DNA of 63,607 nucleotides, the filler included, from Candidatus Ancaeobacter aquaticus (lineage in GTDB: Bacteria; Auribacterota; Ancaeobacteria; Ancaeobacterales; Ancaeobacteraceae): NCBI GenBank assembly GCA_030765405.1. It is 7 parts of 7 records of this genome, joined end to end, with 100 filler letters (N's around TTAATTAATTAA, not from the genome) between each part and the next. Parts side by side here need not be neighbours in the genome. Positions count along the whole stretch, not along the records: positions 58,110 to 63,607 come from JAVCCP010000014.1; 6 more parts are not named here. One strand, given 5' to 3'. Position 1 is the first letter of the stretch, and each line of letters starts with the position of its first letter. Shown here piece after piece: positions 62,444-63,607 of this stretch. Both the position numbers and the translations under genes were made by a program. A model generated the notes under the pieces. That model did not search any database and was not told the origin of the DNA. It saw nothing but the letters and a program-made list of their open reading frames with translations.

Positions 62444-63607
62444 CTAAATAATTATACCATCCCCGTCGTTAACAAGTCTAACATTATCAAATAGGTCGGT
62501 ATACTTATCAGGTGAGAAAGTATGGATTGGGACAAGCATCTTCGGATTAATGGCTTTTGCAAAAGACTGCAGATCTTCCACCGAGGCATGTCCGCTTGTG
62601 TGAACATCTTCGATCTCTATTTTCTCCTTGTCGCAATATCCCTTGAACTTTTCAGTCAGATACCCTTTCCACATCGAGTAGATCAATTTTGCACCGTTTG
62701 TATCGTCAAGGCTCTTAACAATGCTCGGAAATAAAGAATTATCCCTGGCGAGCATGAGATATTTAGATCTACTCACGTTCATCTCCAACAAATCGATCTT
62801 TTTCGTGTTGTAAAAATAAAGGAGTTCTTGTGACACCTTTTCGGCAAGTATGTCAGCTTGGTGTTTGTGAAATTTTACCTTGATATTGCGCCAGTTAAAA
62901 GCAGGAATATGTTTAGATACTTTTCGTACCCTATCAAGAACATACGCAGTGTAAATATCGATCACAAGGACAGCATCGACACGCAAACATGCCTTGTATG
63001 CAGACACAAGTCTATCGATATTCTGCGATGAACAGCACAGAAAAGTCACCTTACCGGCCTCTTTTAGAATCTTCTGGATCCTCGCCGTGACCGCATTTTC
63101 ATCTCGGCACTCTGTCTCTTTTCTTCCAATAACAGACCCTTCCATGAGGAGGCAATCCACTCCCCGCAGCGGAGTATCTATCATCCGTTCAAATAATGCG
63201 CTTTTACGTCCATGCCCCCTGAAATCCCCTGAGTAGAATACTTTCTTTCCATCGGCTTCTATCAATAAGGCAAGCGCGTCAAAAGCGGAATGATCAACGG
63301 GATAAGGAATGATATTTATATCCCCTATGCAAAGTTTCTGTTTAGGCTTTATAACCTGCGCATTGATCTGTCCAACTTTAAACGGTGTAAACAGACCAGA
63401 CAATTCAATGAGTTCTTTCGACCCCCTGCTCATATATACTGGGATATCGCTATTGATATAACTCAAAAAACCGTAATGGTCAGCATGAGCATGAGATATA
63501 ATAAGGGCGTCTATCTTCCGTTCCTGATCATTGTATAGACCCTCAACATCAGGAAGGATTTTCTCCTCTATAAGCTCATTAACGGATTTACCGGTAAGTT
63601 TCTTGGC
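62444..63607 (-). CDS. MBL-fold / beta-CASP (RNase J-like) hydrolase, 5' end outside window
   Basis: Frame open to window edge; ISHAHADHYG, DHSAFD, YSGDFRGHG, HTSGHA, PIHT. Confidence 0.9.
   Translation of the reverse strand, partial: AKKLTGKSVNELIEEKILPDVEGLYNDQERKIDALIISHAHADHYGFLSYINSDIPVYMSRGSKELIELSGLFTPFKVGQINAQVIKPKQKLCIGDINIIPYPVDHSAFDALALLIEADGKKVFYSGDFRGHGRKSALFERMIDTPLRGVDCLLMEGSVIGRKETECRDENAVTARIQKILKEAGKVTFLCCSSQNIDRLVSAYKACLRVDAVLVIDIYTAYVLDRVRKVSKHIPAFNWRNIKVKFHKHQADILAEKVSQELLYFYNTKKIDLLEMNVSRSKYLMLARDNSLFPSIVKSLDDTNGAKLIYSMWKGYLTEKFKGYCDKEKIEIEDVHTSGHASVEDLQSFAKAINPKMLVPIHTFSPDKYTDLFDNVRLVNDGDGIII

Overview
Low-GC draft-genome window made of seven contigs joined by artificial 100-nt spacers (N-run/TTAATTAATTAA/N-run at 6408, 21136, 30675, 33011, 54406, 58010), so synteny across gaps is meaningless. 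The largest contig carries the chromosomal origin region: archease-gyrA-gyrB-dciA-dnaN-oriC-dnaA on the minus strand, and rpmH-rnpA-yidD-yidC-mnmE-mnmG-parS-parA-parB-M48-rsmI on the plus strand. Long GyrB, PEP-CTERM proteins, HydG and large secreted ORFans suggest an anaerobic diderm, possibly a PVC-related candidate lineage (inference only). Other contigs hold ptsI, feoB with a DtxR-FeoA fusion, a PAS two-component pair, nitroreductases, mnmA-pncC-thpR, and two large secreted six-hairpin glycosidase-like proteins. No rRNA, tRNA or CRISPR array was seen. Best candidate for an undescribed system: a ~170-210-bp multi-hairpin element plus promoter in three copies (262, 5691, 26742), with compensatory base changes in its main stem. 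One copy drives a signal-peptide/PLD-nuclease/winged-helix/DnaD-like fusion gene; the others sit among fragments of a homolog of that gene and ssDNA-phage-like small ORFs. Also notable: six AATAGGTGTGACCCCTTT ends of a REP-associated tyrosine transposase (RAYT)-like element, including a 216-bp mini-element, several at gene breakpoints.
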